NCBI GenBank assembly: GCA_001787535.1
Contig: MFXP01000002.1
Coordinates: 21,597-85,596 of the forward strand
From: Candidatus Peribacteria bacterium RIFCSPHIGHO2_01_FULL_51_35
Lineage (GTDB): Bacteria > Patescibacteriota > Gracilibacteria > Peribacterales > Peribacteraceae
Length of the DNA stretch: 64,000 nt
Direction of reading: 5' to 3'
Both the position numbers and the translations under genes were made by a program. Each line of letters begins with the position of its first letter. The stretch's first letter is position 1. The notes beneath the pieces are model-generated. The model was not told the origin of the DNA, did not search any database, and saw nothing but the letters and a program-made list of their open reading frames with translations. Positions 55,435-64,000 of this stretch are shown here, piece after piece.

Positions 55435-58400
55435 TCAGAAGCTGAACATGGGCAACCAGATTTTTCCCCAATGCTTTGTGGCAGCGGGTCCGCCCGGCGG
55501 CTCGCCGAAATCCCAGTTCGTGTTGCGGCCGCTGTCCGTGCATTCCTCGGCAACATCCGAACACACAAGTGCATCTCCTCCGCTCGCGTCACTGTCGAGC
55601 ACATCGAGAAAATCGATGGTTTGGGAACCGCCGTCCCCATCGAGGAGGAGGTTGCTTGCAGAACCCGTCTTCGTCGTCCGCAGGCTCATGAGGTTGGATG
55701 CTGCGCCTCTCAATGTCAGAGCGCCCGAAATGCTCTGGCGAGACGTATGATCGAACGTGAGCGTCTGTGCTGATGTCACGGTCTTCGTAAAATTATGGAA
55801 GACGGTCGAACCGGAAATCGTCTGATCGCCGCCATCGAGCGTGAAGGTGCCGCTGCGTTTCGTGAAATCGCCGTAGAGGGCTGCCGAACCGGAGAGTGTG
55901 ACGTTGTAGTTGCCGGCGGAGGCATCCAGCGCTGCGCTATAGATGTTCAAATTGCCATTCACGTCGAGGTTGGACCCGAGGACATAGACCCCGGATCCGG
56001 TCGATTTGCCGCCGTTGTAAAGAGCATTGATTTCCGAAGCAGTGAGCGCGCGGTTGTAGATGCGGATGTCATCAATTTTTCCATCGTGCCTGTCAGGGAG
56101 CGTTGTTGTATCTTCTTTGTACGTTCCGAAGAACAAATCCATGTCACCTGTCGTCACGATAGTTCCCGTCTTGGGGGTGGACGCGGCCAGCGCTCCATCT
56201 ATATAGATAGATTGCGTCACACCGTCGTAGACGCCCGCTACGTGGTGCCATGCGCCATCCGTATAGAAGTTACTGTCGTTCGGGCCTAAAGCGGTCAAAC
56301 CGCCGGTCGTTTCAACGATGAAGGTCAGCCCCTGGGGGTTATCTGCGGCAAAATCTCGCAGCAATAATGCCCATTGGACCGTGCTCGAGGTATTCGGCTT
56401 GCTGATGAAGTAGTTATTATCCTCATCCGTTTGCGTGTCGGCGGTGAACCACGTTGCAACTGTAATCCCCGGTCTTGTAAAGTTAAACACACTGCTGTTC
56501 GTCACTCGCACGTGCTCGTCCACTCCGTCGAAATCAAGAGAACTTGGATCGTAAAATTGGACTCGCGGCGGGACGGACGCGGACCAATCCGTGCCCACCT
56601 CTAGGTTCGTGGACACACCGTGATTGCCGTATTGGGAACTATCCTTCGCGGCTGTGGCTCCGCGTCCCTCGTCGAACTTCCAATAGCCGATGAGGCCGTT
56701 GTCGAGCGTCAGGTTCTGCGTTGCGTTCGTGCCGAGGCTGAGGGTCTCTGATGTCATCCTGCTGTTCAGGAGGATTCCCGTGGAGGTTGTAAGCGTGCCG
56801 GTGCGTGCGATCAGCGAGCCGGAAACGACGAGTCCGTTCGTGCCAAGAACAAGGGAACCGGAGACGGAGAGATCGTGCGTCTTGATGCGCGCTCCGGGTG
56901 TGTACGTGTCACCCACCCAGACCCAGAGTTCTTTGTTCAACCCGAGTGTGACGATATTGGAGGCCTCCAGGGAGTAGATTGCCGAGAGATCGTCGTCGCC
57001 CGTGCCGTCCGAGGTATTCAGGTGGGTACTCGTGATCGTGTATGCACCGCTCTCCGAGCGGGCGATGAGGTGGTCTTGGTAGATGGTCATCCCCGTCATG
57101 TTGTTGCCTTGCCCCAGCGACACGAGGACGCCATCCTCTGTTTCGTCATTGAGGAAGAGCGTGAGGACCGCTCCTGTCTGCTGATTGATAGAGAACGTGT
57201 ACATGCCGCCCGCATCCGTATCGTCCGACGTGGTAACGGCTGCCCCATCGATGGAGAGTGCGACCGTGATGTTCGCGCCGATGACGGACGTGCCTTCATC
57301 ACTGTAGACAGTGCCTGTGATGGTTGTTTGCGGACCCGTGGCCGTCGTCAAACTGGGATAGGTACACACTGCTGTGGCGCAGTCATTGGCACCGTCGTTA
57401 TCCTGCTCGCGAAATATTCCGGTATCCATGCCAACGCTGCTGATCACAGGCTCATAGAGGCGGAAATAGTAGGTCGTGGTCAATCCAACGTCCTCCGCCT
57501 TCAGTGGAAAGTCGATCTCCACCACCTTCGTCTCGAAATGATCGAAATCAAGGTCTGCCGCGGCGTCCTTGTCGGAGACGTAGAATACTGCCGGCCCTGT
57601 TTGGTCTGTCCCCGTAAGACTCGATGTGGTGCTGGTATTGCCGTCGGTGCAAGCGGTGCAGGTTTCGGCTGCGGTCGCATAGCGCCACACCGCAGAGGTT
57701 TCGCCCGTGTCCCCAACATCCACCCAGGTGCAGGTCGCCTCCCCGCCGGCGGCATCCGGGTTGCAGCCGGACGTGTACTGCAATTTCTTCCGAATATCCA
57801 GGCCCGTTCCTCCGGCGCGCTCGGACATATTCATGCGCAGTCGAATGAATTCCTCCGAATCCACGCTCGTCGGCGTCACGTTCTCCGCGGCACCGTTGAG
57901 ACCCGTGGAGGGATCGTCCACTGTTTCATCGTCGTAGAACCGCCAGTTGAGCGACCACGGGGAATACGGAACGTAGGAGGAATGGTGCACGAGCGAAACG
58001 GTATTCGTTCTGGTCCCCTGTTCCGCGTTGACATCGAGGAGTTCCCCGATACTGACCCAGTCGGCGTCCGCGCAGCCGGTGGCATCCGAGTACGTCAGGG
58101 CACGGATGTCGTCACCGACGGTTGCCTCTATGGAGCGGCGGGTGAGGAGCATTCGATTGTTATTGCAAGAGGAGACGATGGCCATGTCCTCAACGTCATC
58201 TTCGTTGCTGATGTTCGGGTTGCCGACGTCGGCGACGACGGATGTAAATCCTCCAGCGGATGTCCAGCACTCCATATCGCTCGTGAAGACGCTCGCATCC
58301 GTCCACATGTACAATGCTCGCTGCGAGTTACGGGTCCATGCAGTCGCAGCCACGTGACCGACCGTTGCCTCCGCTGAAATGTCGTCTGTCCCTTCCGAAA

Positions 58401-60306
58401 AACCGGCTCCCGTCCAAACAAACAACTCCACGTCATTGCCGCTATCGGTTGCGACAACGGAAATATCGTCACTGAGCGGATCATTCGCCATGTCTATCCA
58501 TCCATTGTACGTTTGCCCGTTGTTATTCGCAGGGCCATCCGTTTGGATGCCGCCCCAACTCGTCGTGTAGATGCTGTACCGTAAATTTGCAACGCCGTCA
58601 TCAGTCACGACCGCGAGGCCTGCCCCGGTTGTTTCTTCATACGCAAGATCGAACTTCTGGGCGTTCGTGTTTGTGAGGTCATCCACGGGGTTGCTCTCGT
58701 CGTCCCACGCGGAACCCGTCCAGTGCGCCAGGAACAGGTCGTTCAAGTGATCGGAGACGCCGACGAGCATCTCGTCGCTGCGAAAATTCGTGAGGCGTTG
58801 TCCCCGAGCAACGAGGCGGACCCACTCGGGCTTTCCGTTCACGCCGACTCCCGTCATATCGATGTCATTCGTGGTGTCCGGGGAGAACGTCGAGCCGCAG
58901 GCGGGCGACGGTGTCCAGCTCGTTCCGTCCCAGACGCAATAGTGGACATTGCCGCCGCCCGTCGTGATGCCGCCACTCCCAAAGACGACGATTGCATCTC
59001 CCGAGAGCTGTTCGTACGCCACATCGAACCCACGCATAAGGCCTCCACTAAGCGTCAGCACCACTTTGGGCATGGTCGCACGCAGCGACCAGTCCCCTGC
59101 CGCGTTGCAGCCCCCTGTGCAGGTGAGCACGTCCATCCGGCCGGTTTCCTTTTGATGGACCGCAATGAACTCCTCACGCGTGGGAGACGCCATAACCTTC
59201 ACGAAACGGATGGCTTGCCCGTCCGTTGCGACGGACAGGATCTGCGCACCCGATGTCGTCGGGTCGGTGTAGAGGCGATTATTCAGGTCGCCGGGGTTCG
59301 TGGCAGACTCGCTGTAGACCAAAATACCGCTGTTGGAAACAGCATCCACCGCAAGAAGCCAATCTTGCTCCTCCAGCACAATGGTGTCGCCCGCGGAGGA
59401 ACGGAAGCGTATGGGCCCGAGTGCATGGAGGGCAGGGCTCTTGGTGGGAACCACGTAGCGATACCATACGTTGGCTTCCTCTCCACGAACGGGGAAATGA
59501 ATCTCTTGGCCATTTGCGTTCGGGCGGAGTGTCGCACCGGTCGAAAACCCCTCGACCTGCAGAGGAAACGGAACTGTTTCGATAAGAGTGCCGGAGAAAG
59601 GCAACGCGCCTCGAAGAGTGAAACGCATGTCGTACTGCTCCTGTGGAAACAGGCGCGTTGCCCCATTGCGGATAAGTGTGAATGCGGCATCGTTCGAAAC
59701 CGCAAACATTCGTTCGAGCGACTGCGGACCACCGGGAGTATCGACGGTGAGAGTGACGACGTGGATGCCAAGGGTTTGTGCGACAAACGATGCGGTGTAA
59801 TCGGCAGTATCCGAGATCGCACGATTACCGCACCGCTCGATTCTCCGGACCGTCCCCTCCTCGGACGAGAGAATGGTCGTATTGCCATCCGGTGCCCGGA
59901 CATTGATGCTCAGAAGCCCGTCACAGACCGTCTCTCCGGCCTGATCGACAATGCCAATCTGGAAAGAAACCGCCTCTCCAATGCGGTAGGACGATTGCGG
60001 AACGTTGAGAGCGAGCGTCCAGAGCTCCCCTTGGGAGAGGTCCCCTCTCCACCGGTTCGCGCACCCTGCAAGAAACAGAACTGTGATAAGAACTGCCGGC
60101 TGTACCCACCGTTTCTGCGGAGAAAGCATCCTGTAAGCAGCAGCGAGAGAGGCTCGCACCCGGGAAAGATCCACGGGCGTGAGTATATCCAAAGCCGTCT
60201 GTGAATCAAAAGGATATTGGTGAGCATAGAAGCGAGCCGGAATAAATTCCGGAGACGTGTTTGCCGTTAGCCGCCGATTTAAATCGGCGGCTAACGGATG
60301 AAGCAA
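55435..60306 (-). CDS. Large exported/surface protein (1623 aa) with LamG/concanavalin-like domain
   Basis: Lipobox-like LAGC; beta-rich T/S/D/G composition; GLIGYWKFDEG...WHHVAGVYDG...GKIDDIRIYNRAL. Confidence 0.85.
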   Translation of the reverse strand: MLHPLAADLNRRLTANTSPEFIPARFYAHQYPFDSQTALDILTPVDLSRVRASLAAAYRMLSPQKRWVQPAVLITVLFLAGCANRWRGDLSQGELWTLALNVPQSSYRIGEAVSFQIGIVDQAGETVCDGLLSINVRAPDGNTTILSSEEGTVRRIERCGNRAISDTADYTASFVAQTLGIHVVTLTVDTPGGPQSLERMFAVSNDAAFTLIRNGATRLFPQEQYDMRFTLRGALPFSGTLIETVPFPLQVEGFSTGATLRPNANGQEIHFPVRGEEANVWYRYVVPTKSPALHALGPIRFRSSAGDTIVLEEQDWLLAVDAVSNSGILVYSESATNPGDLNNRLYTDPTTSGAQILSVATDGQAIRFVKVMASPTREEFIAVHQKETGRMDVLTCTGGCNAAGDWSLRATMPKVVLTLSGGLMRGFDVAYEQLSGDAIVVFGSGGITTGGGNVHYCVWDGTSWTPSPACGSTFSPDTTNDIDMTGVGVNGKPEWVRLVARGQRLTNFRSDEMLVGVSDHLNDLFLAHWTGSAWDDESNPVDDLTNTNAQKFDLAYEETTGAGLAVVTDDGVANLRYSIYTTSWGGIQTDGPANNNGQTYNGWIDMANDPLSDDISVVATDSGNDVELFVWTGAGFSEGTDDISAEATVGHVAATAWTRNSQRALYMWTDASVFTSDMECWTSAGGFTSVVADVGNPNISNEDDVEDMAIVSSCNNNRMLLTRRSIEATVGDDIRALTYSDATGCADADWVSIGELLDVNAEQGTRTNTVSLVHHSSYVPYSPWSLNWRFYDDETVDDPSTGLNGAAENVTPTSVDSEEFIRLRMNMSERAGGTGLDIRKKLQYTSGCNPDAAGGEATCTWVDVGDTGETSAVWRYATAAETCTACTDGNTSTTSSLTGTDQTGPAVFYVSDKDAAADLDFDHFETKVVEIDFPLKAEDVGLTTTYYFRLYEPVISSVGMDTGIFREQDNDGANDCATAVCTYPSLTTATGPQTTITGTVYSDEGTSVIGANITVALSIDGAAVTTSDDTDAGGMYTFSINQQTGAVLTLFLNDETEDGVLVSLGQGNNMTGMTIYQDHLIARSESGAYTITSTHLNTSDGTGDDDLSAIYSLEASNIVTLGLNKELWVWVGDTYTPGARIKTHDLSVSGSLVLGTNGLVVSGSLIARTGTLTTSTGILLNSRMTSETLSLGTNATQNLTLDNGLIGYWKFDEGRGATAAKDSSQYGNHGVSTNLEVGTDWSASVPPRVQFYDPSSLDFDGVDEHVRVTNSSVFNFTRPGITVATWFTADTQTDEDNNYFISKPNTSSTVQWALLLRDFAADNPQGLTFIVETTGGLTALGPNDSNFYTDGAWHHVAGVYDGVTQSIYIDGALAASTPKTGTIVTTGDMDLFFGTYKEDTTTLPDRHDGKIDDIRIYNRALTASEINALYNGGKSTGSGVYVLGSNLDVNGNLNIYSAALDASAGNYNVTLSGSAALYGDFTKRSGTFTLDGGDQTISGSTVFHNFTKTVTSAQTLTFDHTSRQSISGALTLRGAASNLMSLRTTKTGSASNLLLDGDGGSQTIDFLDVLDSDASGGDALVCSDVAEECTDSGRNTNWDFGEPPGGPAATKHWGKIWLPMFSF

Positions 60307-60434
60307 ATGGCGAATTCATTCGCCTCTTCGAAGCAAATTCCTCTCTATGAGGCCAATTATTCGAGTTTCAAGATTCACAGAAGTCAAGACTCCTTCCCTC
60401 CCTACCTTTTTTTGCGCCGCCTCACTGTGCCTCT

Positions 60435-61472
60435 TTACATGTCGAACGTTCCCATCAGCATGATGGTGATGCCGGAGCCCGCGCGCGATGAACCGATCTG
60501 ATCGACATCGAGGTGAATCTCCGAGCCCTTGGCAAGAGAGGTATCCGAGAAGGCGTGCGTACCGGCTTCTGTCTCGGCTCCATCACTGATCTGGGGTCGT
60601 GTCGAGAAGATGGTGGTGCCTTCTTCATTGATATCGATAATCAGTGCTGCACCCGTCGGACCGACGACTCCCTTGATCTCCACGTCATTCGCTGTGAAAG
60701 CGTACGGCAGGATGAATGTCGGACCCTTCTCCGGGCCGACAACCTGCACGCCATCCAGGAACCAGATGAGCGCGCCTGTGATCGTGGAGATCGTGTTGTT
60801 GTTCACATTGATGGTCTTATTCTTCAGCTCCTGCGTCGCTCCGGTGCCGACGAGGGTGGTTGAGTCGTCGGGGAGCGTCCAGGTGCGGTCGGCCGTGATG
60901 TAATGGTTGAGCGTACCGGCATTGCCCTGGCCGCTGAAGAAGCTGATGTTGTTCGACGCCGCAATGCTGGAGCCGGAGAGCGTTCCGATGACGCTGAGAT
61001 CGTCGCTGAATTGGAAGCGATCGAGAGTGTTGCGGAATGTCAGGGTTTCATTCGTGCCGTCGCTGCCGAAGGTGAGCACCGTGTCGGCCGCCGTCTGGTC
61101 CTGGTTCAAGGCCAGGTCTCCCTCTGTCGTCACGTCGCCGTCGACCTTGAGCGTACCGGAGCCCGTGATGTTGCCCTGCACGTGAAGATCATCGGTGAAC
61201 TCGAACCGAGCGGGAGCGAGATTCCAGAAGAGCTTCTCACTCAGCGTGCCTCCGAACCGGATCTCAACATCCCCCGTCGAGTCGCCCTCGTCGATGATCT
61301 GGAAGGACTCCGTGTTCACGAGGAGCGTCGGCGACCAGCTGCTGGTGGCCGCAAGCGCATTCGTGCTCTGCAGCAAGATCATTGCCGCGAAGATCACAGC
61401 CAGAGCTGTCGCGGGGGCGCGGGACACGCGTCCGCTCCGGATCAGCCTTTGATTGTGCAAGGTGCGGATCAC
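60435..61472 (-). CDS. Exported beta-rich protein with tail-fibre-like segments
   Basis: GTG start overlapping the upstream stop (GTGA); signal peptide ending NALA; ITADRTWTLPD and C-terminal IIDIN...LDVDQIGS domain. Confidence 0.7.
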   Translation of the reverse strand: MIRTLHNQRLIRSGRVSRAPATALAVIFAAMILLQSTNALAATSSWSPTLLVNTESFQIIDEGDSTGDVEIRFGGTLSEKLFWNLAPARFEFTDDLHVQGNITGSGTLKVDGDVTTEGDLALNQDQTAADTVLTFGSDGTNETLTFRNTLDRFQFSDDLSVIGTLSGSSIAASNNISFFSGQGNAGTLNHYITADRTWTLPDDSTTLVGTGATQELKNKTINVNNNTISTITGALIWFLDGVQVVGPEKGPTFILPYAFTANDVEIKGVVGPTGAALIIDINEEGTTIFSTRPQISDGAETEAGTHAFSDTSLAKGSEIHLDVDQIGSSRAGSGITIMLMGTFDM

Positions 61473-62035
61473 GGCTGTGGAGGACAAGGAGAGGACTCCG
61501 TACACGGCTCTTCAGGAGTGCCAAGCAGACTCGCGCGAAGCGCATCCGTCTTTGGAGCACCGAGAAGGACGAGGAGGAGAAGCAAGTTGATAACGACACT
61601 CCCGATGAGAAGACCCATCGCAAAAGCGCCCCACGCGAAGCGTGCAGGCGCAGTTTCTTTGGAAACGGGAACGCTCTCTTCTTTCTTTTCGATCACTTCC
61701 GCCTTCTCACTGACCGCAACCTCCGGCACAGTCGTTCGCGAACGACGTGCCTCCGGCACCGAATGCATCTGCATCGTCCAGGTCTGGAACTTCTCCGGGA
61801 GAGGTGTTGGTTTATCCTCCAGCGAGCGAAGGTCAGCCGGATCAAAGCGTTTCAACCATCGGTAGAACGTACTGCGCGCGATCCCAAATGTGCGGCACGT
61901 TCTGCTGATGGACCGATGTGTTGCAAAGTCGAAAAACCACTCAAGGCGTTCTGTCACCTCATTGCGCATGTTCTCCTGCCGCGCGCGTGCGAGGAGAGTC
62001 CGGAGATGCTCGAGGGTTGTCGGGAGCAGGGACAC
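61469..62035 (-). CDS. IS481-type N-terminal HTH fused to a C-terminal TM helix (no transposase catalytic domain)
   Basis: RLEWF...SISRTCRTFGIARSTFYRWLKRFDP.DL.SLEDK; hydrophobic FAMGLLIGSVVINLLLLLVLLG. Confidence 0.7.
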   Translation of the reverse strand: MSLLPTTLEHLRTLLARARQENMRNEVTERLEWFFDFATHRSISRTCRTFGIARSTFYRWLKRFDPADLRSLEDKPTPLPEKFQTWTMQMHSVPEARRSRTTVPEVAVSEKAEVIEKKEESVPVSKETAPARFAWGAFAMGLLIGSVVINLLLLLVLLGAPKTDALRASLLGTPEEPCTESSPCPPQP

Positions 62036-62268
62036 GGTTTGTTTTTGGTGTGTATGGAGCGCAACATCTGTCGCGCAACAAATCCTATCAGTATAGCGAT
62101 TTTATGCCTTTTGATCAATAGCTCCCTTCGTGCGGGGTTTGGAATGCATTGCAGCGATGCGTCGCTACAACTGTAGCGCGACGTCTGTAGTGCCGAAAAC
62201 ACTTGACATATATTGCAAATATACAAGCGAATGGATGCCAGCGGTGGTTTGACATTTGGTTCTTTCCG

Positions 62269-63117
62269 TCACCAGTCGATGAACCAGAAGAAATGCCTCC
62301 TCCTCTTCACAGGTGGACTCGCGGCCCCTGCAGCAGGGTTCACCTCAACGCCGACCCAGTTCCACGCGGCGGCGCTCGTCCCGAAACCATCGAAGTTCAT
62401 GGTCACGGCCGTTCCGGAGGGGGACGTGTCGGCTGCTTTGTGTGCGGAGAGGAGGGAGATTTGGAGCGCATCGTGCTCGGCATCCTCTGTGTCCGTTGAT
62501 GAAGGCAAGCCCAAAGCATTCCAGTCAGTCGCACAGCCAAACCCACGCGAATTGTTCACCGTCGAGGTATAGATGGTCGGAGTGATGTTGTTTGTGGTAG
62601 AGCTGTTTTCCCCGCTCGCGCCGATGGGGTCGGACGTGTCATGGCCGGTAATAACGTATACTTTGAAAGAGATCCGCTCCGTGCCGCCTAGCCCCGCCGT
62701 GCGTGTCACGGAAACCGTCATCGATTGGCTTGTCGGCTGCAGCGCGTACCACGCGCTCGCGTGCCCGTCTTCAGCGCCTGCATCACCTTTGTCCCGCTCA
62801 ACGATGTTGGTCCATGTGAGTCCGGTACTGTCGGAAACGCTGATCGTGATGTTACTACCCTGTGAGTTGTCCGCGCTCACCATGACCAGCAGCAGGGACG
62901 AGTTGGGTGGGGTAAAACTCGCCGAGACCAGCGCATTAGCATTGGGCGGGGTTCCTGTTGCCCGTGCGGGAGACGAGGCATCAATGGCGATGGCGGCCTG
63001 TGCAATCGTTGGCAGGAACAAGCTGCCAATCGTCAGTAGAAAAACGAGCGAACGCCGTACACCCATCCTCGTTGTCATCATGCCGATGCGAAACACATGC
63101 GCGATTGTCAGAATCAT
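62269..63117 (-). CDS. Exported beta-rich protein (start uncertain)
   Basis: Signal peptide ending AQA-AIAIDASSP; S/T-rich; C-terminal RRRHFFWFIDW. Confidence 0.7.
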   Translation of the reverse strand: MILTIAHVFRIGMMTTRMGVRRSLVFLLTIGSLFLPTIAQAAIAIDASSPARATGTPPNANALVSASFTPPNSSLLLVMVSADNSQGSNITISVSDSTGLTWTNIVERDKGDAGAEDGHASAWYALQPTSQSMTVSVTRTAGLGGTERISFKVYVITGHDTSDPIGASGENSSTTNNITPTIYTSTVNNSRGFGCATDWNALGLPSSTDTEDAEHDALQISLLSAHKAADTSPSGTAVTMNFDGFGTSAAAWNWVGVEVNPAAGAASPPVKRRRHFFWFIDW

Positions 63118-63199
63118 GTTGCTGTCGGGAGGCGCAGTATACAAGATCAACTGCTCCGGCGGAAGGCAGAAGCAGTTGACCAGTCGCCGGATCTTGTCC

Positions 63200-63283
63200 T
63201 TAATTTCCCGGCCGTACTTCAAAGCCAACCCAATTCCAGAGCGGTGCACTCGTGCCGAAAGCATCGAAGTTCATGGTCACTGC
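63200..63283 (-). pseudogene. Remnant of a paralogue of the 62269-63117 gene (C-terminal ~27 codons)
   Basis: AVTMNFDAFGTSAPLWNWVGFEVRP* versus AVTMNFDGFGTSAAAWNWVGVEVNP. Confidence 0.7.
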
Positions 63284-63361
63284 ATCGGCGCTGTGGTGCT
63301 GAAGATTTCGTGTTTCGAGCCGGGCATGAGAGAGTGGAATCGGTGCAAGGTCATCGCTCAA

Positions 63362-63393
63362 GGAACCCCTCTCGCGTCGCAGAGAGGAGTTCC
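63362..63393 (-). terminator. Hairpin downstream of the final ORF
   Basis: GGAACTCCTCTC...GAGAGGGGTTCC on the minus strand. Confidence 0.45.
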
Positions 63394-63417
63394 CGAACAG
63401 AGTGTGTCGTCGCGTTC

Positions 63418-64000
63418 TTACGGTGCGGTGTACTGCACCGTCACGTCTTTCAAGACGGACGTGGATTTATTCGCCGTCGTGGAAAGCTGGGCTCTGTACT
63501 GCAGATAGCGAGCGGTGGTTCCTACCGAGTCTCCGGATGTCGGGACTGTCACATAGCTCGACCAGGTGCCATCCGGTGTGGGGGTATTCCCCGTTCGGAC
63601 GCTCATGATGAGGCTCGTACCGGCAGGCAGGCTGCTTGTCCAGGTCAAAGCGCCCCAGTTCACCGACTGTCCTCCATCGATGATGCGCGACTGGAAGGTG
63701 CCCGGGGAGACGTAGGGTGACATGCGCATCCAGTCGACCTTCAGCACGCCGTTACCGACGTCGTAGTCGCTGATGAGCGGACGCATTTGCGAGCTGATGG
63801 TCCGCGCGAACGAAGCGACCTGGCTTCCGTCCACGAAGTACACGATGGAACTGGCGTTCCATTCGATCCGGTACAGGTGGGGACTGCCGATCAGACTGCT
63901 ACTCAAGAGCGTCTGATTGTTCTGCGATCCGTTCAAGAATCTGGCGTATAGAGCATTGCCTTCTTTCGTGGTGAAAATCATCTGCCGTGTTGTACCCGAA
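63418..64000 (-). CDS. C-terminal part of a large exported beta-sandwich protein (truncated by the window edge)
   Basis: HLYRIEW...VYFVDG lectin/GH16-like segment; GTFQSRIID...RTGNTPTPDGTWS...RYLQYRAQL. Confidence 0.7.
   Translation of the reverse strand, partial: SGTTRQMIFTTKEGNALYARFLNGSQNNQTLLSSSLIGSPHLYRIEWNASSIVYFVDGSQVASFARTISSQMRPLISDYDVGNGVLKVDWMRMSPYVSPGTFQSRIIDGGQSVNWGALTWTSSLPAGTSLIMSVRTGNTPTPDGTWSSYVTVPTSGDSVGTTARYLQYRAQLSTTANKSTSVLKDVTVQYTAP

Noticed and set aside
56875-60204. Long + strand ORFs (500 and 493 aa) and many similar antisense ORFs across the window
   Set aside because: They overlap well-supported genes on the opposite strand and lack motifs; they are shadows of codon bias.
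61469-62035. Intact IS481/IS3 insertion sequence
   Set aside because: No DDE/rve domain or terminal inverted repeats were seen; the HTH is followed by a TM helix.
1-64000. Alternative genetic code (TGA=Gly, as in Gracilibacteria)
   Set aside because: Conserved genes are full-length under code 11 and several (tyrS, phhB, rsmH) end at TGA.

Overview
A ~64 kb piece of a bacterial chromosome using the standard genetic code (TGA is used as stop). Gene content and style suggest a Patescibacteria/CPR genome, probably Peregrinibacteria/Peribacteria; this is an inference from the baseplate-J-like membrane protein, DUF5667/ECF pair, Cys-rich repeat and LamG surface proteins, and lack of Shine-Dalgarno motifs. 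Most of the window is housekeeping: ftsI-like PBP, PilB/GspE ATPase, rluD, tyrS, xer, pgk, wecA/mraY-like, tsaE, rarA, pdxS/T, priA, purQ, frr, pyrH, pyk, rsmH, gnd, tal, tkt and tRNA-Pro/Arg/Ser. Single low-GC ORFans are scattered among these genes, and the window ends in an accessory region (RelE/Phd, HTH-Fic, large surface proteins). Main non-obvious findings: (1) a tandem array of four promoter + hairpin + GCGG-stem small-RNA-like units at 14413-14875; (2) a small GIY-YIG gene between tRNA-Arg and tRNA pseudo-copies whose anticodon arm is replaced by a GC hairpin; (3) a symmetric dif-like site overlapping the promoter of a single xer gene; (4) six intergenic inverted repeats built from 7-8-nt periodic units of different sequence; (5) palindromic elements inserted in-frame in gnd, tal and purQ; (6) an IS481-type HTH fused to a membrane anchor leading a surface-protein operon; (7) several micro-proteins below the ORF cutoff. 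All calls were made by eye, without database searches.
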